The notes under the pieces were generated by a model. It worked only from the letters and a program-made list of their open reading frames with translations. It did not search any database and was not told the DNA's origin. Position numbers and translations under genes: made by a program. 64,000 nt of DNA from Candidatus Neptunichlamydia sp. (lineage in GTDB: Bacteria > Chlamydiota > Chlamydiia > Chlamydiales > Simkaniaceae): NCBI GenBank assembly GCA_965233865.1, contig OZ247587.1, forward strand, positions 1,120,001 through 1,184,000, read 5' to 3'. This document shows positions 8,411-18,350 of the stretch, piece by piece. Positions within the stretch are counted from its first letter, which is position 1, and every line of letters begins with the position of its first letter.

Positions 8411-10015
8411 TTACCTTTTTGTAAACTCTGGCTTAAAATCAATTTCAACACTTTCATTCTTAATTTTTTCTAAAGGAACAATGTCCATTTTAAGTCCCTG
8501 ATCAAATAAAGTTAGAAGCTCTTTTGTCGATATATTTGTCACCTGCCGAGCCATCCATTCATTTTCCATAACAACATTCATGGGCAAATTCACAACTTTT
8601 GATTGGTCGTAGTATAATCCAACTTGGGATAAATCTGCATGTTCATTCCACAGAGCCTGTAAAATATTTGGACTGTGAAACTTCATGCATAAAAAGTAGG
8701 GGTAGATATCTTCCTTTCTAAATAGGGTCATGTTGACAGAATTTGGAAGCGACCACTCCCCATCCATCTCAGAAAATTGCCAAGCATTCACACCCTCAGC
8801 AATGGAAATTCTTTTCTCTTCAATATGGTTATCTAGATGGCATCCTAACCTAAAATAGAACCCATACGCACCTGTTTCCTTTAAAGATTGGGTCGCTTTA
8901 TTGAGGTCGATAAAATCCTTTATTACATTGCCATCCAAAGCAAAAGCTACAAAGCGCGCAGTAGATACATTTCGATCAAAAACAGTTTTTTTAACTACAT
9001 GGGCAAAATTTTCAGAAGGATTTTCAACTGGCTGACGGATGCATATCACATGAGGAAATGCCTCTTTAACTTTCTGATAGCCTTTTTCATAATGATCATT
9101 TCCCGCTCGATAAATCACAAACTGTCGATGAAGATTCTCCAGATATTTATCCGAAGACTCTAGAAAGGCATAGAGCTGCAGTGGCCGATTGTAGGAAAAA
9201 ACTACAATATCAACCCGTTCCTTATCTAAAGTATAGTCATGCCATGGGTTTTCCCTAACAGGAGCATAGCTTTTTATTTCTAAATGATCCGCTTCTGCCT
9301 TGTCTAAGGGGCTCAAAATAAGGGGCTCGGGAATTAAATATGCATGCTCTCTAGAAAGCCCCAAAAGAGGCGTTGCAATGACTCTCTCATACTCTCCTGC
9401 CTTAAAGGCACCATCTGTCAAAAAATCTTGGAGTTTGATGTGTTTAAAAAGCCCGGCATAAAAAATTTGATAACTTTCCCCTGCAGCAATTTTTTCAAAT
9501 GAGTTGAGTCTCATTTCCTCACCTGATGCTATCCACACTGCAGAATCTGCAAAATATCTGTTCAAGTGATTGAGAACATCATTGTGAGCAAGCATCTCCT
9601 CATTTCTGAGGAGCACCACAATCTCATTAGATTTGCACGAGTGAACTGCCCTATACAGGCTTTCAATGCTCCCAATAGGCTTCTTATTCCTTATATAGCT
9701 CACCTTTCCCCCTTGGTCGTACTTTTCAACAAATGAGGAACCTATGTTTAATCCATCGTCGATGTAAATCACCCGAAAGTTAGGGTAGTTTTGGCTGAGA
9801 GTTGACAGCAAGCTTTGTTCAGCAACACCTTTACTACCTAGAGCATATGTAATGACAACAAAGGATTTGTTGTGAATAACAGGCTCAGTTGCATAAGCTG
9901 TTTGCTTTCTTTGCATATGCTTCTTTTCCTGAATCTCCTCCCTGATTTCTCGATAGCTCACCCCAAGCGCAAATCCAATTCCAATCAAAAACAGAATAAA
10001 TAAAAGCCGTTTCAT
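8411..10015 (-). CDS. Membrane-anchored two-domain GT2-like protein
   Basis: Start MKRLLFILF with GGAG SD; QNYPNFRVIYIDDG; second domain DIVVFSYNRPLQLYAFLES. Confidence 0.75.
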   Translation of the reverse strand: MKRLLFILFLIGIGFALGVSYREIREEIQEKKHMQRKQTAYATEPVIHNKSFVVITYALGSKGVAEQSLLSTLSQNYPNFRVIYIDDGLNIGSSFVEKYDQGGKVSYIRNKKPIGSIESLYRAVHSCKSNEIVVLLRNEEMLAHNDVLNHLNRYFADSAVWIASGEEMRLNSFEKIAAGESYQIFYAGLFKHIKLQDFLTDGAFKAGEYERVIATPLLGLSREHAYLIPEPLILSPLDKAEADHLEIKSYAPVRENPWHDYTLDKERVDIVVFSYNRPLQLYAFLESSDKYLENLHRQFVIYRAGNDHYEKGYQKVKEAFPHVICIRQPVENPSENFAHVVKKTVFDRNVSTARFVAFALDGNVIKDFIDLNKATQSLKETGAYGFYFRLGCHLDNHIEEKRISIAEGVNAWQFSEMDGEWSLPNSVNMTLFRKEDIYPYFLCMKFHSPNILQALWNEHADLSQVGLYYDQSKVVNLPMNVVMENEWMARQVTNISTKELLTLFDQGLKMDIVPLEKIKNESVEIDFKPEFTKR

Positions 10016-10118
10016 GAAATATATACTCCAACAGCAGTAATTTTTTGAAAAACACGTTACTTGGTTCACAATTCTCATTCAACCCAAAAAATAGAATTCA
10101 TAGATGTCCATTGAAAGG

Positions 10119-10148
10119 TTGCAATAAATCCTGAAAATTAAGTAGCCT
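10119..10148 (+). promoter_or_regulatory. Putative sigma66/70 promoter of topA
   Basis: TTGCAA-N18-TAGCCT upstream of the likely ATG at 10179. Confidence 0.35.
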
Positions 10149-10178
10149 GCAATGTTTATCATTTATTTAACGAACTAT

Positions 10179-12764
10179 ATGGAAAAATCAGAAGGCAAAA
10201 CACTCATTATCGTTGAATCTCCTACAAAAGTGAAGACCCTAAAAAAATTTTTAGGGGATTCTTATCATGTGGAGTCATCGGTTGGTCATATTCGAGATCT
10301 TCCTTCAAAAGGATTTGGAATCGATCTTGCAAACAATTTTGAGCCAGCATATGAAAACCTTCCTGATAAGAAGGCTGTCATTGCAAAACTCAAAAAAGCC
10401 GCGAAAGAGTGTGACACCGTTTATCTTTCTCCCGACCCTGACCGAGAAGGGGAGGCCATCGCATGGCACATTGCGCATATTCTGCCAAAGGGCCCTATAG
10501 TTAAACGGGTGACCTTCAATGCGATTACTAAAGATGCGGTTTCTGAGGCTTTAAAACACCCTCGAGAGATTGACCATTCAACAGTAAATGCTCAGCAAGC
10601 ACGCCGCTTGTTAGACCGTATGGTAGGTTATAAAATCTCTCCCCTATTGCAAAGACGCATTAAACGAAGTGGCACGACAAGCCTGTCTGCTGGTCGAGTT
10701 CAATCTATTGCACTCAAGCTAGTTGTCGATCGTGAACTTGAAATTGAAGCCTTTAACCCAGTAGAATACTGGACCATAGGAGCAACCCTTCAAGGAAATC
10801 CAAAAGAACGTTCGATATCAGCTTCTCTCCACTTAATTGAAGGAAAGCGGGTTGAAAAGGAAGTGATTGTTGGCAAAGATGTCGCCCTCATTTCTAATGA
10901 AGAAGATGCCAAAAAACTTGTCGCTCAGCTTGAGCACTCTTCCTACAAAATTTCGAAGGTCGAAAAGAAAGAGAAAAAAAGAAACCCCGTTCCCCCATTT
11001 ATCACTTCAACTCTTCAACAAGAGGCCAGCCGCCATTATGGCTATGCAGCCTCTCGAACAATGGGAATCGCACAAAGTCTCTATGAAGGGGTCGATCTCG
11101 GCACTGAAGGAACAGAGGGTTTGATCACCTATATGCGTACAGACTCCGTTCGCGTCGAAATGGAGGCGATCAACGCTGCTCGAACACTTATTGATGGCGC
11201 CTATGGCAAGGAATTTCTTCCTTCAAAACCAAAAATGTATGCTACCAAAAAAGGAGCACAAGATGCTCACGAAGCCATCCGACCAACCAATTTGAATCAC
11301 CCTCCTGATTTGATCAAAAATCACCTTTCGATCGATCAATATAAACTTTATGTCTTAATCTGGCGCCGGTTCCTTGCTTCACAAATGAACCCAGCAGTCT
11401 ACGATACAGTCTCTTGCGAAATTGAAACGGATCAAAACTTAACCCTCCGTGCTTCTGGCTCTATCATCAAATTCCAAGGGTTTTTGGCTGTCTATCAAGA
11501 GAAAGAAGATCTCGATGATGATGAAAAGAAAAAACAAAATGAAGACAAACTCCTTCCCCCAGTAGAAGAAGGCCAAATCCTCAAACTTCTTAACGTAGAT
11601 TCAAACCAATCGTTCACAAAGCCACCTCCGCGTTTTACCGAAGCCTCTCTTGTAAAAGAACTTGAAAAATGCGGGATTGGACGTCCTTCTACTTACGCCT
11701 CTATTATGAACAAGATCCAAGGGCGTGCCTATACAACCAAGGAACGTTTAGCCATAAAGCCAACTGAACTTGGAAAAATTATTGCTCAGATGCTAGAAAA
11801 CCACTTCAACTTGATTATGGATATCAAGTTTACAGCTCGGATGGAAGCTGATCTTGATGAGATCGCAGAAAACAAAAAAGACTGGCAAGAGTTCTTAAAA
11901 GAATTTTGGACGAAGTTTGTTCCCATTTTAGAAAAAGCTGAAAAAGAAGCGTTTGTCCCCAAGTTGATGACAGATATTAACTGCCCAAAATGTGGAAACA
12001 AGCTTCAAAAAATTTGGGCGCGAGATAAGTATTTTTACGGTTGCTCCAATTATCCCGATTGTAAATTTACCGTTTCGATTGAATCGCTTGAATTTAAAAA
12101 AGAAGATTACGCAGAAAACTTTGACTGGGACCAAATTTGCCCCAAATGCAGCTCTCCAATGAAAATTCGCTTTGGCCGTTTTGGTGCCTTTCTTGGGTGT
12201 ACACATTACCCTGATTGCAACGGAATTGTTAACATTCCAAAAAAAGACGAACCTGTTCTGGAAGACATGCCTAAGTGCCCTGCAATTGGCTGCGACGGAG
12301 ATATCAAGCAAAGACGAAGTCGTTGGGGTAAGCCCTTCTTTAGCTGTTCCAACTACCCCGACTGTAATGTCATTGTGAACCAGCTGGATGACTTAGAAAT
12401 CAAGTATCAAGACTATCCCAAAACTCCTTATGTCAAAAAGGCATCTAAAAAAGGCGCTGCAAAAAAGGGTGCAAAGAAAAAAGTAATTAAGAAAACGGCT
12501 GCAAAGAAAAAAGGGGCAAAAAAAGCCGTTGGGAAACCCAATCCTCTTTCTCCAGAACTGCAGGCAATTGTAGGAGCCAAAGAGCTCTCTCGTATGGAGG
12601 TAACAAAAAAGGTTTGGGAGTATATCAAATCAAAGAATCTTCAAGATCCTAATAATAGAAGACTTATTGTGCCTGATGATAATCTTTCCAAGGTGTTCGG
12701 TCACTCTGACCCCATTGATATGATGAAACTTGCTGGCCTCCTTAGTAAACACATCCTAAAATGA
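10179..12764 (+). CDS. topA: DNA topoisomerase I with Zn ribbons, Lys/Ala-rich linker and C-terminal SWIB domain
   Basis: IVESPTK, DPDREGE, SAGRVQS and LITYMRTDS; three C4 zinc ribbons; SWIB SRMEVTKKVWEYIKSKNLQDP. Confidence 0.97.
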   Translation: MEKSEGKTLIIVESPTKVKTLKKFLGDSYHVESSVGHIRDLPSKGFGIDLANNFEPAYENLPDKKAVIAKLKKAAKECDTVYLSPDPDREGEAIAWHIAHILPKGPIVKRVTFNAITKDAVSEALKHPREIDHSTVNAQQARRLLDRMVGYKISPLLQRRIKRSGTTSLSAGRVQSIALKLVVDRELEIEAFNPVEYWTIGATLQGNPKERSISASLHLIEGKRVEKEVIVGKDVALISNEEDAKKLVAQLEHSSYKISKVEKKEKKRNPVPPFITSTLQQEASRHYGYAASRTMGIAQSLYEGVDLGTEGTEGLITYMRTDSVRVEMEAINAARTLIDGAYGKEFLPSKPKMYATKKGAQDAHEAIRPTNLNHPPDLIKNHLSIDQYKLYVLIWRRFLASQMNPAVYDTVSCEIETDQNLTLRASGSIIKFQGFLAVYQEKEDLDDDEKKKQNEDKLLPPVEEGQILKLLNVDSNQSFTKPPPRFTEASLVKELEKCGIGRPSTYASIMNKIQGRAYTTKERLAIKPTELGKIIAQMLENHFNLIMDIKFTARMEADLDEIAENKKDWQEFLKEFWTKFVPILEKAEKEAFVPKLMTDINCPKCGNKLQKIWARDKYFYGCSNYPDCKFTVSIESLEFKKEDYAENFDWDQICPKCSSPMKIRFGRFGAFLGCTHYPDCNGIVNIPKKDEPVLEDMPKCPAIGCDGDIKQRRSRWGKPFFSCSNYPDCNVIVNQLDDLEIKYQDYPKTPYVKKASKKGAAKKGAKKKVIKKTAAKKKGAKKAVGKPNPLSPELQAIVGAKELSRMEVTKKVWEYIKSKNLQDPNNRRLIVPDDNLSKVFGHSDPIDMMKLAGLLSKHILK

Positions 12765-14017
12765 TTACTCTGAGTAGTTTTCAAAGGTTCTTAATCTATT
12801 GCTTTGTCTTTTTTGGACCATTGGGAACCCTTCTTACCCCCTCCTTTATGCCCTACGCATTCCGGTTTTACCATTTTTTGCTAATTTTCTCACCTCTCTT
12901 CTTTGTTAACCTCAGAACAAGAGAGTGGAAAACAGTTTTAGCTTTTGTCCCTTTCATGGGCTATTGCCTCTTTTCGGCATACTTTACTCATAATAAAGAT
13001 TTCCACCAAGATGCATACCCTCTTTTCCGGTGCTTTCTTTTTGTAGCTCAGTGTCTTTTTATGTTCGGTGCAGCATTTTGCCTCCGTGATCGAAACGAGA
13101 GAGCAAGGCTCATTCGTATTTATCTAGCAGGTTTTTTCCTCTCCCTTGTAATCGGATATATCTTCTATATTGGTTTTTATTCGGGGAAAATTTCTTTTGC
13201 GATGATTCACCGCTACTCTGTTGAAGCACAAATGGGATGGGGACTTCTTCGCTTTTCTCCAGGAACATATCCTAATGAATATGGCAATGTATCCAGCTTT
13301 GCCCTTTCGCTTCTTCTTCTCCTATACGCAAAGAAAAAACGACTTTTGATCTTTCTCTTTGCTGGACTAACTCTTATCGCGTTTCTTCTCACTACAACGC
13401 GAGCTGCCTACCTTTCTTTTGGAGTCACACTCATCTATCTCTGCATTGCATCCCTTAAAACCCGGAAAGTAGTTATAAAAACCACTCTTCTTGGCTTAAC
13501 ACTCTTGTTGATTCTAAAAGCTTACTCGATCGATTTCTTTAAAATTTTTGCCGCTGGAGCCAAAGCAATTAGTTTTACTTATGGATCGACTGGAGTTCGA
13601 GTTGCTGAGTGGATGAAAGGGTTTAAGGATCTGAATAAAAGCATTTTTTTAGGGAATGGATTTGGCGCTAATATTCTCACCCATAATGTCTATTTAGAAC
13701 TCCTTTTTGAAGTAGGCCTCATCGGCACTCTCCTATTAGGAGGTACTCTCATTTACTACTTTGGGGAAAATAGCCATCGAATTCGAAAGATTTTTGTGCA
13801 GCTTAATGGTAATCAAGTCACTATTGTAGGATTGATTCATGTTTTTTTATTCGCTGCAACAAACCACAACATGCACCACCACCTCACATGGTTCATCTTT
13901 CTTCTATTTAATATGACTCTGTTTTCAAATCGGATAGACGGTGAAGATCTTTCTTCGAACAAACAACTACCTTCCCCTGGCTTTTTACCACAACGAGATC
14001 CTTTACTCCAAGAGTAA
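12761..14017 (+). CDS. O-antigen ligase/polymerase (WaaL/Wzy/PglL-like) membrane protein
   Basis: About 10 TM helices; PNEYG, LLTTTRAAY, R..EW, GNGFG and THNVYLELLFEVGLIG (Wzy_C-type signature); ATGA overlap with topA. Confidence 0.75.
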   Translation: MITLSSFQRFLIYCFVFFGPLGTLLTPSFMPYAFRFYHFLLIFSPLFFVNLRTREWKTVLAFVPFMGYCLFSAYFTHNKDFHQDAYPLFRCFLFVAQCLFMFGAAFCLRDRNERARLIRIYLAGFFLSLVIGYIFYIGFYSGKISFAMIHRYSVEAQMGWGLLRFSPGTYPNEYGNVSSFALSLLLLLYAKKKRLLIFLFAGLTLIAFLLTTTRAAYLSFGVTLIYLCIASLKTRKVVIKTTLLGLTLLLILKAYSIDFFKIFAAGAKAISFTYGSTGVRVAEWMKGFKDLNKSIFLGNGFGANILTHNVYLELLFEVGLIGTLLLGGTLIYYFGENSHRIRKIFVQLNGNQVTIVGLIHVFLFAATNHNMHHHLTWFIFLLFNMTLFSNRIDGEDLSSNKQLPSPGFLPQRDPLLQE

Positions 14018-14885
14018 CAATATCGTCCCCAAAGACTAAACAATTTTCGCTTTCAATTGCTTCAATAGTGCCAGAAAAATAGTTCCCTTTTTCATCCTTT
14101 GGAAGGGTGGCATCCAATCGTTTCCAAGTTCCTAAATCTGACCAAACTGAAGGATAGGGGATCATACGAATATCCTCTGTTTTTTCCATTATAGCATGGT
14201 CAAAGGAAATTTTTGGAAGCAAAGAAAACGTTTCCATGCAAGAGCTATATGGAGTTTTCATCCACGCTGAAATTTCAGGAGCATATTTTTCAAATTCTTC
14301 TAAAAGATGTCCGATCTGAAAAACAAAAATCCCTGCATTCCAATAGTAATTTTCTTTTCCAATCAGGCGCACAGCTGTTTCAAAACTAGGTTTTTCTATA
14401 AATCTTTCAACAGGTAGAATTCCTGTTCTTCCACGCGTTTTGATATAGCCATAACCAGTTTCAGGATGGATTGGAACAACACCGAAAGTAACAATAGCGC
14501 GTTGACGCGCTCCTTCTTCAGCAATTGGAAGAAGCCTCATAAAATCTTCCTCATTCTCAAAATAAAGATCCGAAGGAGTCACCACACAGACATCTTCAGA
14601 AGTTGCTCTGCAGCAGTCGATCCAGTGTTTTAAACCTAAGGCAATGGCTGGCGCTGTACTTCTAGCTGAAGGCTCGATGAGAATAGTTTTTTTTACTTGC
14701 TCTTCAACAAGAGCACGGTGTTTTTGATTCGCTATCACCAATAAATCGTGATTAGACAACCGGGAAACGGTTTGCTCTAAAAGTGAACCTTCTTCACCTA
14801 AAGATAAAAATTGTTTAGGATAGTCCTCGCGCGATAAAGGCCATAAACGGGTTCCACTTCCTCCTGCAAGAATCAGTCCTTTCAT
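13908..14885 (-). CDS. manC: Mannose-1-phosphate guanylyltransferase (no C-terminal isomerase domain)
   Basis: LILAGGSGTRLWPLSREDYPKQFL, ETGYGYI, FIEKP, WNAGIF and WSDLGTW. Confidence 0.9.
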   Translation of the reverse strand: MKGLILAGGSGTRLWPLSREDYPKQFLSLGEEGSLLEQTVSRLSNHDLLVIANQKHRALVEEQVKKTILIEPSARSTAPAIALGLKHWIDCCRATSEDVCVVTPSDLYFENEEDFMRLLPIAEEGARQRAIVTFGVVPIHPETGYGYIKTRGRTGILPVERFIEKPSFETAVRLIGKENYYWNAGIFVFQIGHLLEEFEKYAPEISAWMKTPYSSCMETFSLLPKISFDHAIMEKTEDIRMIPYPSVWSDLGTWKRLDATLPKDEKGNYFSGTIEAIESENCLVFGDDIVTLGVKDLVVVKSQGKVVVCSKKDLHRLSDLKTESY

Positions 14886-15982
14886 CGAGTTTCCTCCACA
14901 GTTGTAGCCACTAAAGCTTGAAATTTTTCTTTGAAGATTTCCGGCCTAAATTTCTCAGAATGAGCGCGTATCTTTTTGGGGTCAAACTCTCTCTTTTCAA
15001 ATGCTTTAATCGCTTTTATCAAAGACGGTACTGATTGCTCCTCAAAGAAAAGTCCCGTTTCATTTTCTACAACAGTTTCACAAGCCCCTCCTTTTCCAAA
15101 AGCAATAACTGGAGTACCACAGCTTTGAGCCTCAACAGGAAGAATCCCAAAATCCTCTAATGCAGCGAAAACAAATCCTCTAGCGCGTTGCAAATAAGAG
15201 CGGAGAACGGAATCCTCTTGGTATCCCAAGATCTCGATATTCCCCTTAGCTTTTGCCTTCACTTTGTCCATTTCTGGACCATCCCCGATCACTACAAGTT
15301 TTTTGTCGGGCATTTCCCCAAAGGCTTCTACGATAAGATCCATCTTCTTATAGGGAACCATCCTTGATGCTGTTAGATAAAAATCTTCTTTCTTCTCACA
15401 GAGTGAAAAATAGTCAACATTTACGGGGGGGGAGATAACTGTAGCTTCCTTTTCATAAAGTTTTTTAATCCTTCTTGCTACATACTCCGAGTTTGCAACA
15501 TATGCATCCACACGAGAAGAACAATGGGTATCCCACATTCGAAGATAATGAAGAAAAAACTTTGCGAAAACCCCTTTTAATCCACTCTTCAGTTTCGCTT
15601 CCCTCAAGTACTGCTGGTAAAGATCCCAAGCATAGCGCATAGGGGTGTGGCAATAACAAATATGCAATTGATCAGCGTGGGTGAGAACACCCTTTGCAAT
15701 CGAATGAGACGATGAAATAACCAAGTCATAGTCCGATAGATCAAATTGCTCAATCGCTATAGGAAAAAGAGGTAGATAAGAACGATACTTGCTCTTTGCA
15801 CGTGGGAGTTTCTGAATGAATGAGGGTTTAACATCCATTTCTTTGAAGGGAGTTCCCTCCAGTTTTTTTGGATCTTGAACCAAAGTAAAAAGTTTTGCAG
15901 GAAAAGTTTCAGCCAGCATTTCCAAAACTTTTTCCGCGCCGCCCATAGTTGTAAGCCAATCATGTACCAATGCAACTCGCAT
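14882..15982 (-). CDS. GT4 glycosyltransferase (WbaZ-like mannosyltransferase)
   Basis: MRVALVHDWLTTMGGAEKVL, CYCHTPMRYAWD and EDFGILPVEAQSCGTPVIA. Confidence 0.9.
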   Translation of the reverse strand: MRVALVHDWLTTMGGAEKVLEMLAETFPAKLFTLVQDPKKLEGTPFKEMDVKPSFIQKLPRAKSKYRSYLPLFPIAIEQFDLSDYDLVISSSHSIAKGVLTHADQLHICYCHTPMRYAWDLYQQYLREAKLKSGLKGVFAKFFLHYLRMWDTHCSSRVDAYVANSEYVARRIKKLYEKEATVISPPVNVDYFSLCEKKEDFYLTASRMVPYKKMDLIVEAFGEMPDKKLVVIGDGPEMDKVKAKAKGNIEILGYQEDSVLRSYLQRARGFVFAALEDFGILPVEAQSCGTPVIAFGKGGACETVVENETGLFFEEQSVPSLIKAIKAFEKREFDPKKIRAHSEKFRPEIFKEKFQALVATTVEETR

Positions 15983-15989
15983 ACTCACC

Positions 15990-16018
15990 AATATAACTAA
16001 GGCCTACTCAACAAGCAA
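15990..16018 (-). promoter_or_regulatory. Putative sigma66 promoter of GT4-manC
   Basis: On the minus strand TTGCTT-N17-TATATT, 7 nt before ATG 15982. Confidence 0.5.
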
Positions 16019-16300
16019 CTCTAATCAATCGGCATAGACCCAGCACTTCGTCTAACTACCAAACTTCTTGCTCAAGAGAAGGTCTTAATCTAATTTTGAA
16101 GTTTTGACGCCAGTTTTTCAAACCTAGAAAACAACCCTCTATAACAGCATAAGCTCTATCGGCCTCTACTTGGCCACCTATTAAAAAAAATCAGAGAATT
16201 TCCTAATGCGTCACATGACTCATGAATTTTGGTTATAAACCCTCTACACGATATTATTTTCCGCTTATGACTTCAAAAAAATGGCAACCAGGGTTTGCGC

Positions 16301-16329
16301 TTGCGCGATGATAAGAAATTTTGTATAGT
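16301..16329 (+). promoter_or_regulatory. Putative sigma66 promoter of the sugar-biosynthesis operon
   Basis: TTGCGC-N17-TATAGT. Confidence 0.55.
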
Positions 16330-16354
16330 GCCGTTCTTCGACTTATAACTATGG

Positions 16355-17359
16355 ATGTGTAACATGCGTGTATTTATTCCAGGTGGAGCAGGCTACGTTG
16401 GATCGCTTCTCGTTCCAGCCTTATTGGATGCTGGTTATGAAGTAACTGTTTACGACCTTTTCCTCTATGGGGAAGAAGTCTTTGATGACATCAAAGATCA
16501 TCCCAAACTTAGACTTATAAAGGGCGATATTCGTAACCTTGACGAAATGAAAATTGTCTTAAATGGCGGATGTGATTTTGTTATTCACCTTGCCTGCATT
16601 TCAAATGACCCTAGCTTTGAACTCAATCCAGACCTTGGAAGGTCAATTAATCTTGATCCCTTTGAGCCGTTTGTTCAAATGGCAAAAAGAAAAGGAGTAA
16701 AGCGGTTTGTCTACGCCTCTTCATCTTCAGTATATGGTGTTAAAGATGTTCCTAATGTCACTGAAGACATGGAACTCAAGCCTCTAACCGACTACTCAAA
16801 GTATAAGGCAGCCTGCGAAAAAATCCTCCTAAAATATCAAGATGAAGATTTTACATGTTGTGTGCTCAGGCCTGCTACTGTCTGCGGATATGCTCCCCGA
16901 CAGCGCCTTGACGTTGTGGTCAATATTTTGACAAATCTGGCTTTTAATACTGGAAAAATCAAAGTTATGGGGGGAGATCAACTCCGTCCCAATATTCATA
17001 TACGCGATATGGTCCGTGCTTATTTGCATATATTGAAAGCACCCGCAGAAAAAATCCAGGGAGAAATCTTCAATGTAGGGTACCACAACCACTCGGTACA
17101 AGAGCTCGGAGACATCGTTCAATCCACTGTTGGAAAGAAAAAGGATGTCGACCTTGAGAAAACCCCAACCGATGATAACCGCTCATACCACGTGTCCTCT
17201 CAAAAGATTGCCGATACGCTTGGCTTTACACCCAACTATACCATCCAAGATGCTGTTGATAGCCTCGTTGAAGCTTTTGAAAGTGGAAAACTCCCAAATT
17301 CTCTCGATGACAAGCGATACTTTAATATCAAAACAATGAAGGCGGTCAATCTCCAGTGA
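16355..17359 (+). CDS. NAD-dependent nucleotide-sugar epimerase/dehydratase (extended SDR)
   Basis: GGAGYVG, ASSSSVYG and YSKYK (YxxxK). Confidence 0.9.
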   Translation: MCNMRVFIPGGAGYVGSLLVPALLDAGYEVTVYDLFLYGEEVFDDIKDHPKLRLIKGDIRNLDEMKIVLNGGCDFVIHLACISNDPSFELNPDLGRSINLDPFEPFVQMAKRKGVKRFVYASSSSVYGVKDVPNVTEDMELKPLTDYSKYKAACEKILLKYQDEDFTCCVLRPATVCGYAPRQRLDVVVNILTNLAFNTGKIKVMGGDQLRPNIHIRDMVRAYLHILKAPAEKIQGEIFNVGYHNHSVQELGDIVQSTVGKKKDVDLEKTPTDDNRSYHVSSQKIADTLGFTPNYTIQDAVDSLVEAFESGKLPNSLDDKRYFNIKTMKAVNLQ

Positions 17360-18339
17360 AAGCACTAGTAACTGGTGGGGCTGGATTTATTGGTAGCCAC
17401 CTCACACAACTTCTACTCAAAAATGGCCATGAAGTTATCGTATTAGACAACCTCCGCTCTGGAAGGCTTACAAACTTTGATGAGTTTAGGGACACCCCCA
17501 ACCTCAAATTTGTTAAAGAAGATATCCGCTCAGCAGATGCAATCCGCCCTTATTTTGATGGAGTCGATTGGGTGTTTCATATGGCAGCCTTGGCTGATGT
17601 CGTTCCTTCGATTGAATCGCCGCGCGATTATTTCGAAGTAAACGTGGATGGAACTTTTAATGTTCTTGAATGCTCAAAAGAAGCTGGTGTGAAACGATTC
17701 CTCTACACTGCTTCTTCTTCATGTTATGGCATTCCAGAAAACTATCCTACTTCAGAAGACGCACCTATCCAACCTCAGTACCCTTATGCACTAACCAAAT
17801 TTTTGGGTGAAGAACTCGCCATGCATTGGGAACAGGTTTATAAAATGCCCTGTCTTTCACTACGCCTCTTTAACGTCTACGGCCCTCGCGCTAGAACTAC
17901 GGGAACCTATGGCGCCGTTTTTGGAGTTTTTCTCACACAAAAACTCAACAACAAACCCATGACTGTCGTGGGCGATGGATCGCAAACGCGCGACTTCACC
18001 TTTGTTAAGGATGTTGCACGTGCTTTTCTTGCTGCTGCTGAGTCATCTGTCAGCGGAGAAATCTTTAATATTGGTAGTGGAAATCATTATTCAGTAAGCC
18101 ATATTGTAGAACTCCTCTCTGGAGATGCAGTCAATATTCCAAAACGTCCTGGAGAACCAGACTGCACTTTTGCCGATACAACAAAAATAGAAAAGATGCT
18201 TCATTTCAAAGCTGAGACCTCGTTTGAAGAGGGGGTGAAACAGCTTCTTGAAAAAATCGAAGATTTCCGTAAGGCCCCTTTATGGGACCCAGATAGCATT
18301 GAAGACGCAACAAAAACCTGGTTTCAATACCTCTCGTAA
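17356..18339 (+). CDS. NAD-dependent nucleotide-sugar epimerase (extended SDR)
   Basis: TGGAGFIGSH, YALTK, LRLFNVYGPR and GDGSQTRDF. Confidence 0.9.
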   Translation: MKALVTGGAGFIGSHLTQLLLKNGHEVIVLDNLRSGRLTNFDEFRDTPNLKFVKEDIRSADAIRPYFDGVDWVFHMAALADVVPSIESPRDYFEVNVDGTFNVLECSKEAGVKRFLYTASSSCYGIPENYPTSEDAPIQPQYPYALTKFLGEELAMHWEQVYKMPCLSLRLFNVYGPRARTTGTYGAVFGVFLTQKLNNKPMTVVGDGSQTRDFTFVKDVARAFLAAAESSVSGEIFNIGSGNHYSVSHIVELLSGDAVNIPKRPGEPDCTFADTTKIEKMLHFKAETSFEEGVKQLLEKIEDFRKAPLWDPDSIEDATKTWFQYLS

Positions 18340-18350
18340 AAGGAGCAGCA

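Noticed and set aside
12430..12764. Histone-like Lys/Ala-rich repeats and eukaryote-like SWIB domain on TopA
   Set aside because: Known chlamydial TopA-SWIB architecture; not novel.
16282..16298. TGGCAAC..TTTGC as a sigma-54 promoter
   Set aside because: GG-to-GC spacing is 12 nt rather than the required 10; a sigma66-type promoter fits better.
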